NCBI GenBank assembly: GCA_963841545.1
Contig: CAWJDE010000004.1
Coordinates: forward strand, 65,474 to 129,473
Direction of reading: 5' to 3'
Origin: an uncultured Chloroflexia bacterium
Lineage (GTDB): Bacteria; Chloroflexota; Limnocylindria; Limnocylindrales; CSP1-4
Length of the DNA: 64,000 bases
Position numbers and translations under genes: made by a program
Shown: positions 53,173-61,737 of the stretch, piece by piece
Numbering within the stretch: the stretch's first letter is position 1
How the letters are laid out: the number at the start of each line of letters is the position of its first letter
The notes under the pieces: model-generated
The model's database searches: none
What the model saw: the letters and a program-made list of their open reading frames with translations, nothing else
What the model was told of the DNA's origin: nothing

Positions 53173-54087
53173 TCAGAGGTCGCGGTCGAGCGGGATCCCG
53201 GCGATGTTCGCCAGCGCGTCCGCGCGGTCGGCGGTTCCGCGGCCGAGCACCTCGTCGAGCACGGACGGGTCCATCAGCACGGTCTCGGCCTCACCCGGGA
53301 ACGTGCCGGCCTCGACGTCGGCCCGGTACCGGCCGATCGCCGCAAGGATCGTCCCCCGCAGGTCCGCATACCGGCGCGCGTGCCTGGGCACCCAGTCGCC
53401 GAAGCCGAGCGTATCGGTGATCACCTGGATCTGGCCCGAGCAGCCGGCCCCCGCCCCGATCCCGATGGTCGGGATGTGCAGCCGGTCGGTGATCGCCGCC
53501 GCCAGCTGCCCGGGCAGCAGCTCGAGCACGATCGCGAACGCGCCCGCCTCCTGGACCGCGAGGGCGTCGGCCATCACCTGGCGCGCCTGGTCGCGCGACT
53601 TGCCCTGGACCCGGACCTTGCCGATCGCGTTGATCGCCTGTGGCGTCAGGCCGATGTGCCCCATCACCGGGATCCCCGTCCGGACGAGCGCCTCGATCAT
53701 TCGGGCGCTCCGGACGCCGCCCTCGACCTTGACGGCCTGGGCGCCACCCTCGCGCAGGAACCGGCCGGCGTTGGCCACCGCATCCTCGGGCGTCGAGTAG
53801 GACAGGAACGGCATGTCGGCCACGACCAGCGCCCGCTTCGTGCCCCGCACCACCGCCTTGGTGTGGTGGAGCATCTCCTCCATCGTCACCCGGACGGTCG
53901 TCTCGTAGCCGAGCATGACCTGCGCCAGCGAATCGCCGACCAGGATCAGCGGGATGCCCGCCTCGTCGACCAGGGCCGCCGTCGGGAAGTCGTAGGCGGT
54001 GATCGTGGCGAGCCGGGTGCCTTCGGCGTACAGCTTCGCGATGTCGACGATGGTCAGGCGGCGGACGGTCTCGTTCTGGGCGCTCAT
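53173..54087 (-). CDS. panB: 3-methyl-2-oxobutanoate hydroxymethyltransferase
   Basis: Motifs are 'TAYDFPTAALVDEAGIPLILVGDSLAQVMLGYETT' and 'VKVEGG'. Confidence 0.9.
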   Translation of the reverse strand: MSAQNETVRRLTIVDIAKLYAEGTRLATITAYDFPTAALVDEAGIPLILVGDSLAQVMLGYETTVRVTMEEMLHHTKAVVRGTKRALVVADMPFLSYSTPEDAVANAGRFLREGGAQAVKVEGGVRSARMIEALVRTGIPVMGHIGLTPQAINAIGKVRVQGKSRDQARQVMADALAVQEAGAFAIVLELLPGQLAAAITDRLHIPTIGIGAGAGCSGQIQVITDTLGFGDWVPRHARRYADLRGTILAAIGRYRADVEAGTFPGEAETVLMDPSVLDEVLGRGTADRADALANIAGIPLDRDL

Positions 54088-55433
54088 GGATGGGCCTCCG
54101 TGATCTCCGCGCGAGTTTGCGCTCGCCCGTCCCGTTCGTCCAACGCGGCCGCGATGCGATCCAGCAGCCGGTCGGCCACCTCGCGCTTGGTGAGCAGCGG
54201 GAGCTCGTCGCGCGTCCCGTCCGCCGCCAGGATCACGACCCGGTTGGTGTCGGTCCCGAACCCCGAACCGGCCTCGGCGACGTCGTTGGCCACCAGCAGG
54301 TCGGCGCCCTTGCGCCGGAGCTTGTCGGATGCTCGCTCGAGCGACCCGGTCTCGGCGGCGAAGCCCACGATGACCGGGCGTGGGTCGAGCTCGCGAGCCC
54401 GCACCCCGACCTCGGCCAGGATGTCCTCGGTGGGCTCGAGGTCGACCGTCAGCGGACCGTCGCGGGTGAGCTTGGCCGTGGCCGGGCGTGCCGGCCGGAA
54501 GTCGGCCACCGCCGCCGCCATGACCAGGACATCGGCATGGCCTTCGATCACGGTCTCGAGCACGGCGTCCCGCATCGCCGCCGTCGTCTCGGCGCGGATC
54601 ACCGTCGCCTCGCCGGGCATGGGAACCTCCGTGCGGCCCGCGACGACGGTCACCCGGGCGCCGCGATCGAGCGCCGCTCGCGCGATCGCCGCACCCATCC
54701 TGCCGGTGCTGCGGTTGCCGATGAACCGGACGGGGTCGATGGGCTCGGCCGTGCCGCCCGCGCTGACGACCAGCCGGCGGCCGTCCAGATCGAGCGCCCG
54801 GGCGGGACCCACGAGGGGCGGTCGCGCGGCCGGGTCCGGCGCTCGCACGGGCCGGGTGGCAACCGCGTCCACGACCGCGTCCACGATGGCGCCGAGCTCG
54901 GCGAGGCGGCCCACCCCGGACTGCCCCGACGCCAGCGAGCCGGTCTCGGGCGGCACGATCCGGTAGCCGAAGTCGCGCTGCAGGCGCTCGACGTTGTCGC
55001 GCGTGGCGCGGTGCGTCCACATGTCGCCGTCCATCGCCGGTGCGAACACCACCGGCGCGGATGTCGCGAGGCAGGCGGCGACCACGGGGTCCGTGGCGAG
55101 CCCGCTGGCCATCGCTCCCAGCCAGCGGGCCGTCGCCGGCGCGACGACGACCGCATCGGCCGAGTCCGCGACCACGATGTGCCCGATCCGCTCGTCCGGG
55201 AGCAGGCCCAGGACGTCGGTCTCGACGGGGTGGCGGGACAGCGCCTGGAAGGTGAGCGGACCGACGAACCGCGCCGCCGCGGGTGTCAGCATGACGACCA
55301 CGTCGGCGCCCTCGGCCGTCAGCAGCCGGAGCAGCTCGACGGCCTTGTAGGCGGCGATCGAGCCGCACACGCCCAGGCCGATGAGCCGGCCCACCAGCCG
55401 TGGCGCGCCCGGCGTGGCTGCGCCCGGCGTCAT
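54084..55433 (-). CDS. coaBC: Bifunctional phosphopantothenoylcysteine decarboxylase / phosphopantothenate–cysteine ligase
   Basis: The flavoprotein N-terminal domain reads 'RLIGLGVCGSIAAYKA'. The CoaB domain includes 'GNRSTGRMG'. Its stop overlaps the panB start. Confidence 0.9.
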   Translation of the reverse strand: MTPGAATPGAPRLVGRLIGLGVCGSIAAYKAVELLRLLTAEGADVVVMLTPAAARFVGPLTFQALSRHPVETDVLGLLPDERIGHIVVADSADAVVVAPATARWLGAMASGLATDPVVAACLATSAPVVFAPAMDGDMWTHRATRDNVERLQRDFGYRIVPPETGSLASGQSGVGRLAELGAIVDAVVDAVATRPVRAPDPAARPPLVGPARALDLDGRRLVVSAGGTAEPIDPVRFIGNRSTGRMGAAIARAALDRGARVTVVAGRTEVPMPGEATVIRAETTAAMRDAVLETVIEGHADVLVMAAAVADFRPARPATAKLTRDGPLTVDLEPTEDILAEVGVRARELDPRPVIVGFAAETGSLERASDKLRRKGADLLVANDVAEAGSGFGTDTNRVVILAADGTRDELPLLTKREVADRLLDRIAAALDERDGRAQTRAEITEAHP

Positions 55434-55438
55434 CTCCG

Positions 55439-56254
55439 TCACCGCTTGAGGGCCTCGATGGGATCGCCGCCGGCGACCTCGGCGTGGAGGATGGCCAGGC
55501 CCTTGAGCGTGAGGTCGGGATCGATGACGTCGACCCCGTCGACGCCGGTCGCCCAGGGGGCCGCCGACAGGCCGCCGGTGAGGATCGTGTGGATGTCGGC
55601 CGCCGGGACACCCGACAGGTCGGCGAGCTCCGCCCGGACGCGCGCCAGCAGCCCCGACGCGAGCGACTGGTAGCCGAACACGGTGCCGGACTGCATCGCC
55701 GCGACCGTGTCCCGGCCGATCGCCCGGTCCGGCGTCCGCAGCTCGATCCGCGGCAGCTTGGCCGTCCGGGCGGCGAGGGCGTCGAGGCCGAGCTCGAGAC
55801 CGGGCGCGATCGCGCCGCCGACGTAGGCCCCGTCGAGGCCCACGCAATCGAGCGTCGTGGCCGTGCCGAAGTCCACCACCACGGCCGGCGTCCCGTACAG
55901 GCGGGCCGCAGCCAGCGCGTTGACGATCCGGTCGGCGCCGACCTCGCTCGGACGATCGATCCGGATGGCGAGCGGCACGGTCCCCGCGGATGCGATCAGC
56001 AGCGGGGTTCGCCGTCGCGCGGCAACCGCCTCGAGCGCGGCCGTGAGCCCCGGCACGACCGACGCGACCGCGATGGCGTCGAGGTCATCGAGCGTTCGGC
56101 CGTCGAGACCGATGAGCCCGGCGAGCAGGAGCTCGAGCGCGTCGCTGGTCGCAGCCTGCGGCGTCGCCGCCCGGCGCGTCGTGACCAGCGAGCCGTGGTC
56201 GACGAGGGCGAGCGTGACGTTCGAGTTCCCGATGTCGAGGGCGAGGAGCATCAC
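55439..56254 (-). CDS. coaX: Type III pantothenate kinase
   Basis: The N-terminus is 'MMLLALDIGNSNVTLAL' and the motif 'VVDFGTATTLD' is present. Confidence 0.85.
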   Translation of the reverse strand: MMLLALDIGNSNVTLALVDHGSLVTTRRAATPQAATSDALELLLAGLIGLDGRTLDDLDAIAVASVVPGLTAALEAVAARRRTPLLIASAGTVPLAIRIDRPSEVGADRIVNALAAARLYGTPAVVVDFGTATTLDCVGLDGAYVGGAIAPGLELGLDALAARTAKLPRIELRTPDRAIGRDTVAAMQSGTVFGYQSLASGLLARVRAELADLSGVPAADIHTILTGGLSAAPWATGVDGVDVIDPDLTLKGLAILHAEVAGGDPIEALKR

Positions 56255-56509
56255 GCACGATCATACGGCCCGTGCCCCCGCGTCCGACCGTCGGTGCGGG
56301 CTCATGGGCCTGCCGGTCGCTGCGACTCGACCCGTCCCGGTTGGCCGACCGTGCCTCGCCCTCGTCACGTCTCGACGCCGCCATGTCGCGTGCGATCGTC
56401 ACCGTCCCACAACCCTCGCGGTCCGCTACGATCCACCTGTCGGGCCGCCCCCGGGAAGGCGGCGCGTCGCCGTCCCAGCGCCCATCGAAGCGAGAGGTGG
56501 GAGCCGATC

Positions 56510-56938
56510 GTGCCGACCGATCCGCCCGCGAAGTTCTTCGTCAACCACGGCCTGGTGACCAGCCGATCCGACCTTCAGCACCTGCTGCGCCCGATCGTCA
56601 AGCAGACCGTCTCGTACCGGTACCTCCGGGGCCGCGAGCTGGTGGCGCACGGGACCGGCTGGGTGGAGCGGATCGTGGCCGACCAGCCCGAGGTGTCGAC
56701 GTACTTCACGCCGATCGCGATCACGATCAACGTCGATTCGTTCGAGCATCTCGAGTTCGAGACACGGCCCGATCAGCTGCTCGTCTACACCCTCGTCCAG
56801 GGTGATGAGCGGGTGATCCTCGAGTTCGTGCCGCCGGTCGAGGACGCGGACAGCCCATTGGGTCCGCGCCAGCTCGAGTTCGATACCTCGGGCTTCGTGC
56901 AGATGGAGCTCCAGGGCCTGGAGGGGGCCGAGGAGTAG
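56510..56938 (+). CDS. Hypothetical protein (142 aa) with a GTG start
   Basis: An RBS 'gagaggtgggag' precedes the GTG. Composition is protein-like ('VPTDPPAKFFVNHGLVTSRSDLQHLL…'); no motif recognised. Confidence 0.4.
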   Translation: MPTDPPAKFFVNHGLVTSRSDLQHLLRPIVKQTVSYRYLRGRELVAHGTGWVERIVADQPEVSTYFTPIAITINVDSFEHLEFETRPDQLLVYTLVQGDERVILEFVPPVEDADSPLGPRQLEFDTSGFVQMELQGLEGAEE

Positions 56939-56993
56939 GCGCTGCCGGGGATTTGGGGGAGGAACGATCAGCGAGGGAGGCTCCGTACCACCG

Positions 56994-58382
56994 ATGAGTG
57001 CCCAGTCATCGGCCGCGCCGTCAGGCGGCCTTGGCGGCATCGCCGCGTATTTCAAGTTCGCCGAACGGGGGACGGACTTCACCACCGAGACCAGAGCGGG
57101 CCTGACCACGTTCATGGTCATGGCCTACATCCTGTTCGTGAACGGGAACATCATCGCCCAGCCCCTCGGCCTCGACTCCGCGGCCGTCGCCGCCGGCACC
57201 GCGCTGATCGCCGGGATCATGACCATCGCCATGGGCGTGGTCGGGAACTATCCGTTCGCGATCGCCGCCGGCCTCGGCATCAACGCGCTCGTCGCGTTCA
57301 GCCTCACCGCCAAGGGCCTCGACGGGGCCGGCGCCATGGGCGTCATCGTGCTCGAGGGCGTGGCGATCACGATCCTCGTCGCCGTGGGCCTCCGGGAAGC
57401 GATCATGAACGCCGTGCCGCTCGCCCTCAAGCGCTCGATCGGCGTCGGCATCGGCCTGTTCATCCTGTTCATCGGGCTCGCCAACGGCGGCCTGATCGCC
57501 GGCCAGGACAGCACCTATGGCAGCATCCCGGCCGTCCAGCTGCGCCCGCTCACCGAGATCCAGCAATGGGTCTTCCTTGCCGGCCTCCTGATCACGTTCG
57601 CCCTGTACGCGCTCAAGATCCGCGCGGCGCTGATCATCAGCATCCTGGTGACCACGGTCATCGCGGTCATCACCGGTGTCTCGTCGATCCCGGCCGCCGA
57701 CAAGCTCGTCGTCGGTCCGGACTTCTCGACCCTCGGGCTGGGGATCCAGGATCCGTTCCAGGTGTTCACGAAGCTCGGCTTCATCACCGCGATCCTGACC
57801 GTGTTCGCGATCATGCTGAGCGACTTCTTCGACACCATGGGCACCGTCACCGGCATCGCCGCCGAGGCGGGCCTGGCCAACGAGGACGGCTCCGTGCCCG
57901 ACGTCGGGCGCGTGCTCATCGTCGACAGCGTGGCGGCGATCGCCGGCGGCTTCGGCGGCGTGTCGTCCAACACCACCTACATCGAGAGCGCCGCCGGCGT
58001 CGCCGAGGGCGCGCGTACCGGGTTTGCCTCGGTCGTGACCGGCGTCCTGTTCCTGATCGCGATCTTCGCTTCGCCGATCGCCCTGATCGTGCCGGGCGTG
58101 GCCACCGCGCCGGCCCTCGTCCTGGTCGGCTATCTGATGTTCACGCTGGTCAAGGACATCCCGGTCGCCGACCTCGAGGAGGGTCTCCCGGCGCTGCTGA
58201 CGATGATCCTGATGCCCCTCACCTACGACATCACGGTGGGCATCGGCGCCGGGTTCATCAGCTGGGTCCTGCTCAAGGTCGTGCGCAACAAGCTGGCCGA
58301 CATCCACCCGCTGATGTGGGCCGTGAGCATCGCGTTCGTCATCTACTTCGCGAAGGACTGGATCGAGGTCCTGGTCAAGTAG
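56994..58382 (+). CDS. NCS2/AzgA-family purine (adenine/guanine/hypoxanthine) permease
   Basis: The translation includes 'FKFAERGTDFTTETRAGLTTFMVMAYILFVN…' and the protein has about 13 TM helices. Confidence 0.8.
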   Translation: MSAQSSAAPSGGLGGIAAYFKFAERGTDFTTETRAGLTTFMVMAYILFVNGNIIAQPLGLDSAAVAAGTALIAGIMTIAMGVVGNYPFAIAAGLGINALVAFSLTAKGLDGAGAMGVIVLEGVAITILVAVGLREAIMNAVPLALKRSIGVGIGLFILFIGLANGGLIAGQDSTYGSIPAVQLRPLTEIQQWVFLAGLLITFALYALKIRAALIISILVTTVIAVITGVSSIPAADKLVVGPDFSTLGLGIQDPFQVFTKLGFITAILTVFAIMLSDFFDTMGTVTGIAAEAGLANEDGSVPDVGRVLIVDSVAAIAGGFGGVSSNTTYIESAAGVAEGARTGFASVVTGVLFLIAIFASPIALIVPGVATAPALVLVGYLMFTLVKDIPVADLEEGLPALLTMILMPLTYDITVGIGAGFISWVLLKVVRNKLADIHPLMWAVSIAFVIYFAKDWIEVLVK

Positions 58383-58573
58383 CGGAGGCTCCGCCCCGGG
58401 GACGGAGGGCCGCCCCCCGGGGCAGGGAGGGCCGGTCCGCCTCAACGAGGCCCGGTGGCACGACGCCGCCGGGCCTCTCGACCTCCCCGTCCGATCGATG
58501 GGGGGCGAGGCCCGTCGCATCCGCGGCTCGCCGCACCTCCTCCGCACCCGGTTCCGGGCTACCATCGGTCGCC

Positions 58574-59845
58574 ATGTTCGAACGAACCCGGATCCCGCAC
58601 GGCCCGCGCGTCATCTCGGCCACGCTGCCCGGCGCCCGATCCGTCTCGATGGCCGCCTACGTGCTCGCCGGCTCGCGCCTCGAATCGAGCCACGAGGCCG
58701 GCGTCGCGCATTTCATGGAGCATCTGACCTTCAAGGGCACCGCCGGCTATCCGTCCAGCCGCGCGATCTCCGAGGCGGTGGAGGGCGTGGGTGGCTCGGC
58801 CAACGCCGCCACGGATCGCGAGTCGACCGTCTACTGGACGCGCGTGCCGCGCCGCGAGGCGACCACGGCGATGACCGTCCTGGGCGAGCTGATCGCCCGG
58901 CCCCGCCTCGAGGACGTTGACATCGCGCAGGAGCGAACCGTCATCGTGGAGGAGATCCGCTCCTACCTCGACGATCCCGGCGAGTACGCGCAGATGCTGA
59001 TCCAGCAGGCGCTGTTCGGGGACGGGCCGCTGGGCCGCGAGATCTGCGGCGAGGAGGCGGGGATCCGCGCGCTGCCCGCCGAGACCATCCGGGCCTTCTG
59101 GGAGACGATGTACCGCCCGGCCAACACGGTCGTCGCCGTCGCCGGCGACATCGGGCACGAGGAGGCCGTCGATCTCGCACGGGTCGCGTTCGGGACGGGC
59201 AACGGGGTGGTTCCGGCCTTCGAGCCGGCGCCGGTCCTGCCGGCCGGGCCGCGCGTCCTCACCGGTCGTCGCGACACCTCGCAGGCGCAGCTCTCGATCG
59301 CCGTGCCGGCGCTGCCGCGCGATCACCCGGATTCGTGGGCCCTGGCCATGCTCAACGTGGTCCTGGGCGACGGCATGTCGAGCCGCCTGTTCCTCGCCGT
59401 CCGCGAGGAGAAGGCCCTGGCCTACGACGTCAGCTCGGGCATCGTGGAGTACGCGGATGCGGGTGCCCTCGAGATCTCCGCCGGGGTGGATCCGGCGGAG
59501 CTGCCGGCGGCGATCGAGGCGATCCTTCTCGAGCTGGCCCGGCTGCGCGACGAGCGCGTGCCGGACGCGGAGCTCGAGAAGGCCAGAGCGTATCTGAGCG
59601 GTGGGCTCGAGCTGCGAATGGAGGAGACGCGCCACCTCGCATCGTGGATCGGCGGCCAGGAGGCGCTCCACGACCGGGTGTTCACGCTCGACGAGGCCCT
59701 CGCGGCGGTCGCGAGCGTGCGCGCCGAGGATGTCTCGCGCCTGGCCCGCGACCTGTTCGCCGACGACGAGCGCCTGCGGATGGCGGTCGTGGCGCCGGCC
59801 CGTCACCTCCGCGCCCTCGAACGACACCTGCGGCTGCCGGGATGA
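58574..59845 (+). CDS. M16 family (pitrilysin/insulinase-like) zinc peptidase
   Basis: The inverted zinc motif 'HFMEHLTFKGT' is present, with a downstream Glu in 'ERTVIVEEI'. Confidence 0.8.
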   Translation: MFERTRIPHGPRVISATLPGARSVSMAAYVLAGSRLESSHEAGVAHFMEHLTFKGTAGYPSSRAISEAVEGVGGSANAATDRESTVYWTRVPRREATTAMTVLGELIARPRLEDVDIAQERTVIVEEIRSYLDDPGEYAQMLIQQALFGDGPLGREICGEEAGIRALPAETIRAFWETMYRPANTVVAVAGDIGHEEAVDLARVAFGTGNGVVPAFEPAPVLPAGPRVLTGRRDTSQAQLSIAVPALPRDHPDSWALAMLNVVLGDGMSSRLFLAVREEKALAYDVSSGIVEYADAGALEISAGVDPAELPAAIEAILLELARLRDERVPDAELEKARAYLSGGLELRMEETRHLASWIGGQEALHDRVFTLDEALAAVASVRAEDVSRLARDLFADDERLRMAVVAPARHLRALERHLRLPG

Positions 59846-60972
59846 CGGCACGCCGTCGACCGAGCCCGGACGGACCCGGTGTCGCGCCGGTGCCGGACGA
59901 GCACGAGGCCACGGCCGAAGCCCCCGTCGATCCGTCGCCGTCCCTCCCAAATCTGCGCCCGGCCGACGATGGGCCGCCCGCGGCCGACGACGCGCCGCCC
60001 GGGGCCGACGACGCGCCGCCCGCGGCCGACGACGCGCCGCCCGGGGCCGACGACGCGCCGCCCGGGGTCGACGACGCGCCGCCCGGGGCCGCCGGCGAGC
60101 GGCCCACGGTCCTGCGATTGGCGGGCGTCCACCTGCGAACCGGGCTGCTCCACCTCGCGCGTGCGGAGCTCGAGGCGCTGGCACATCGCCGGGCGCTCGA
60201 CGATGCGGGGCTCGCGGATCTTGCCGAGGCGCGCTGGCGGACCGGTGATCTCGATGCCGCCGGTGCCGTCGCCACCGAGCTTGTCGAGCGTGGGTCGGCG
60301 CTGCCCCTGATGCTCGCGATCGCCGCGGAGGCGGTGGCGGCCGACGGACGAACCACCGAGGCACGACGCCTCGCGACTCGCGCGACGGCGGCGGCCGACG
60401 GCTCGCTGTCCGCCCTGTTCGCTGGCCTGCCCCGGCACGACATCTGGCCCGACGCCCCCTCGACCGACGTTACCGCGCGGGCGGTGCGCAGCCCCGGGGG
60501 TCTGCGCCCGCCGCCGGGCACGCCCGGCGACGTCACCGCGCCCGTGGCGGATCGGGGAGCGACACCCGGCGGACCCGCCACCACGACTACCGCCGCCGCG
60601 ACCGGCGTCGCCGCCCCCGCCGCCGCTGCCACGGCCGCGGCGGCCGGCGCGTTCGCGGGCGGGCGCGCGTCGCTTGCCGGTGGAGACCACGACCTGGCAG
60701 CGGTTCGGCTCGGCGTCGCGCTGCGGCTCGACCCCGGCTTCGCCGGCCAGGTGCTCGAGGCCGTCGGCACCCTGCCGACCGAGCCGTCGCTCGCCCTGCT
60801 CGCGGGCGATGCGCTGCGGATCCTCGGGCGAGAGCCGGAGGCGCTGGTGGCGTTCGACGTCGCCCGCGGAGCCGGCATGCCCGGAGCGGGACGGTCCGAC
60901 GGCGGCGGCCAAGGCGACGACGAGGACGCCGCCGCCGACCCCGATGACGCGGAGGCAACCGGCCGAACCTGA
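59842..60972 (+). CDS. Hypothetical protein with (A/V)DDAPP(G/A) x5 repeats and an Ala-rich, helical, TPR-like C-terminal region. It is translationally coupled to the M16 peptidase
   Basis: The ATG overlaps the M16 stop (ATGA). The repeat is visible in the translation. Confidence 0.45.
   Translation: MTARRRPSPDGPGVAPVPDEHEATAEAPVDPSPSLPNLRPADDGPPAADDAPPGADDAPPAADDAPPGADDAPPGVDDAPPGAAGERPTVLRLAGVHLRTGLLHLARAELEALAHRRALDDAGLADLAEARWRTGDLDAAGAVATELVERGSALPLMLAIAAEAVAADGRTTEARRLATRATAAADGSLSALFAGLPRHDIWPDAPSTDVTARAVRSPGGLRPPPGTPGDVTAPVADRGATPGGPATTTTAAATGVAAPAAAATAAAAGAFAGGRASLAGGDHDLAAVRLGVALRLDPGFAGQVLEAVGTLPTEPSLALLAGDALRILGREPEALVAFDVARGAGMPGAGRSDGGGQGDDEDAAADPDDAEATGRT
59982..60086 (+). repeat. 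In-frame 21-bp tandem repeat (gccgacgacgcgccgcccggg), 5 copies
   Basis: Five consecutive copies are directly visible in the sequence. Confidence 0.8.
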
Positions 60973-61232
60973 CGGGACGGCTGCCGGCGCGGAGCCGGCT
61001 CCCAAGGCCGCTTCGACCGCGCCCCAACCCCGGCCGAACGGCTCCGCGCGTCACGAAACGACCGGGCCGGCCGCTCATCGAGCTCGCCCGGACGCCGGCT
61101 CGACGCGCTACCCTGATCCTCCGCACCGCGTCCGCATCGGGCCCCACGCCAGGCGGATCGCCGGCCCGCGACCATCCACACCCCGCGGCCCGTCGTCCGG
61201 CGCCGCCCACGCTCGAGAGGCTGCACCAGCCC

Positions 61233-61700
61233 ATGGCGGAAGTCCAGCGAACCCTCCTGCTCGTCAAGCCCGACGGCGTCCAGCGCCAGCTCGTCGGCCG
61301 GGTGCTCAGCCGGTTCGAGGACCGCGGGCTCAAGCTCGTCGGCCTCAAGCTCGTCCAGGTCGACCGTGCCCTGGCCGAGCGGCACTACGCGGTGCACCGG
61401 GACAAGCCCTTCTTCGCGGGCCTGGTCGAGTTCATCACCTCCGGCCCCCTCGTCGCGGCGGCACTCGAGGGGCCCAATGCCATCGCCGTCGTGCGCGCCA
61501 TGAACGGCGCCACGCGGCCCCACGAGGCTGCCCCGGGCTCGATCCGCGGGGACCTGGCCGTCGAGACGGCGCAGAACCTCGTGCATGCCTCCGACGGCGA
61601 GGAGACGGCGGCCACCGAGCTCGCCCTCTGGTTCCGCCCCGAGGAGCTGCTCGACTACGAGCGCGAGATCGACCGCTGGGTGCTCGCCCCGGGCGACTGA
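61233..61700 (+). CDS. ndk: Nucleoside diphosphate kinase
   Basis: The N-terminus is 'TLLLVKPDGVQR' and the active-site His sits in 'NLVHASD'. Confidence 0.9.
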   Translation: MAEVQRTLLLVKPDGVQRQLVGRVLSRFEDRGLKLVGLKLVQVDRALAERHYAVHRDKPFFAGLVEFITSGPLVAAALEGPNAIAVVRAMNGATRPHEAAPGSIRGDLAVETAQNLVHASDGEETAATELALWFRPEELLDYEREIDRWVLAPGD

Positions 61701-61737
61701 GGCGCGCACCAAGACGGCCGGCGTCGACCGGGAAGGG

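Noticed and set aside
61700-61737. Possible terminator after ndk (ccggcgtcgaccgg)
   Set aside because: The inverted repeat is imperfect and no T-tract is present, so it is not reported as a feature.
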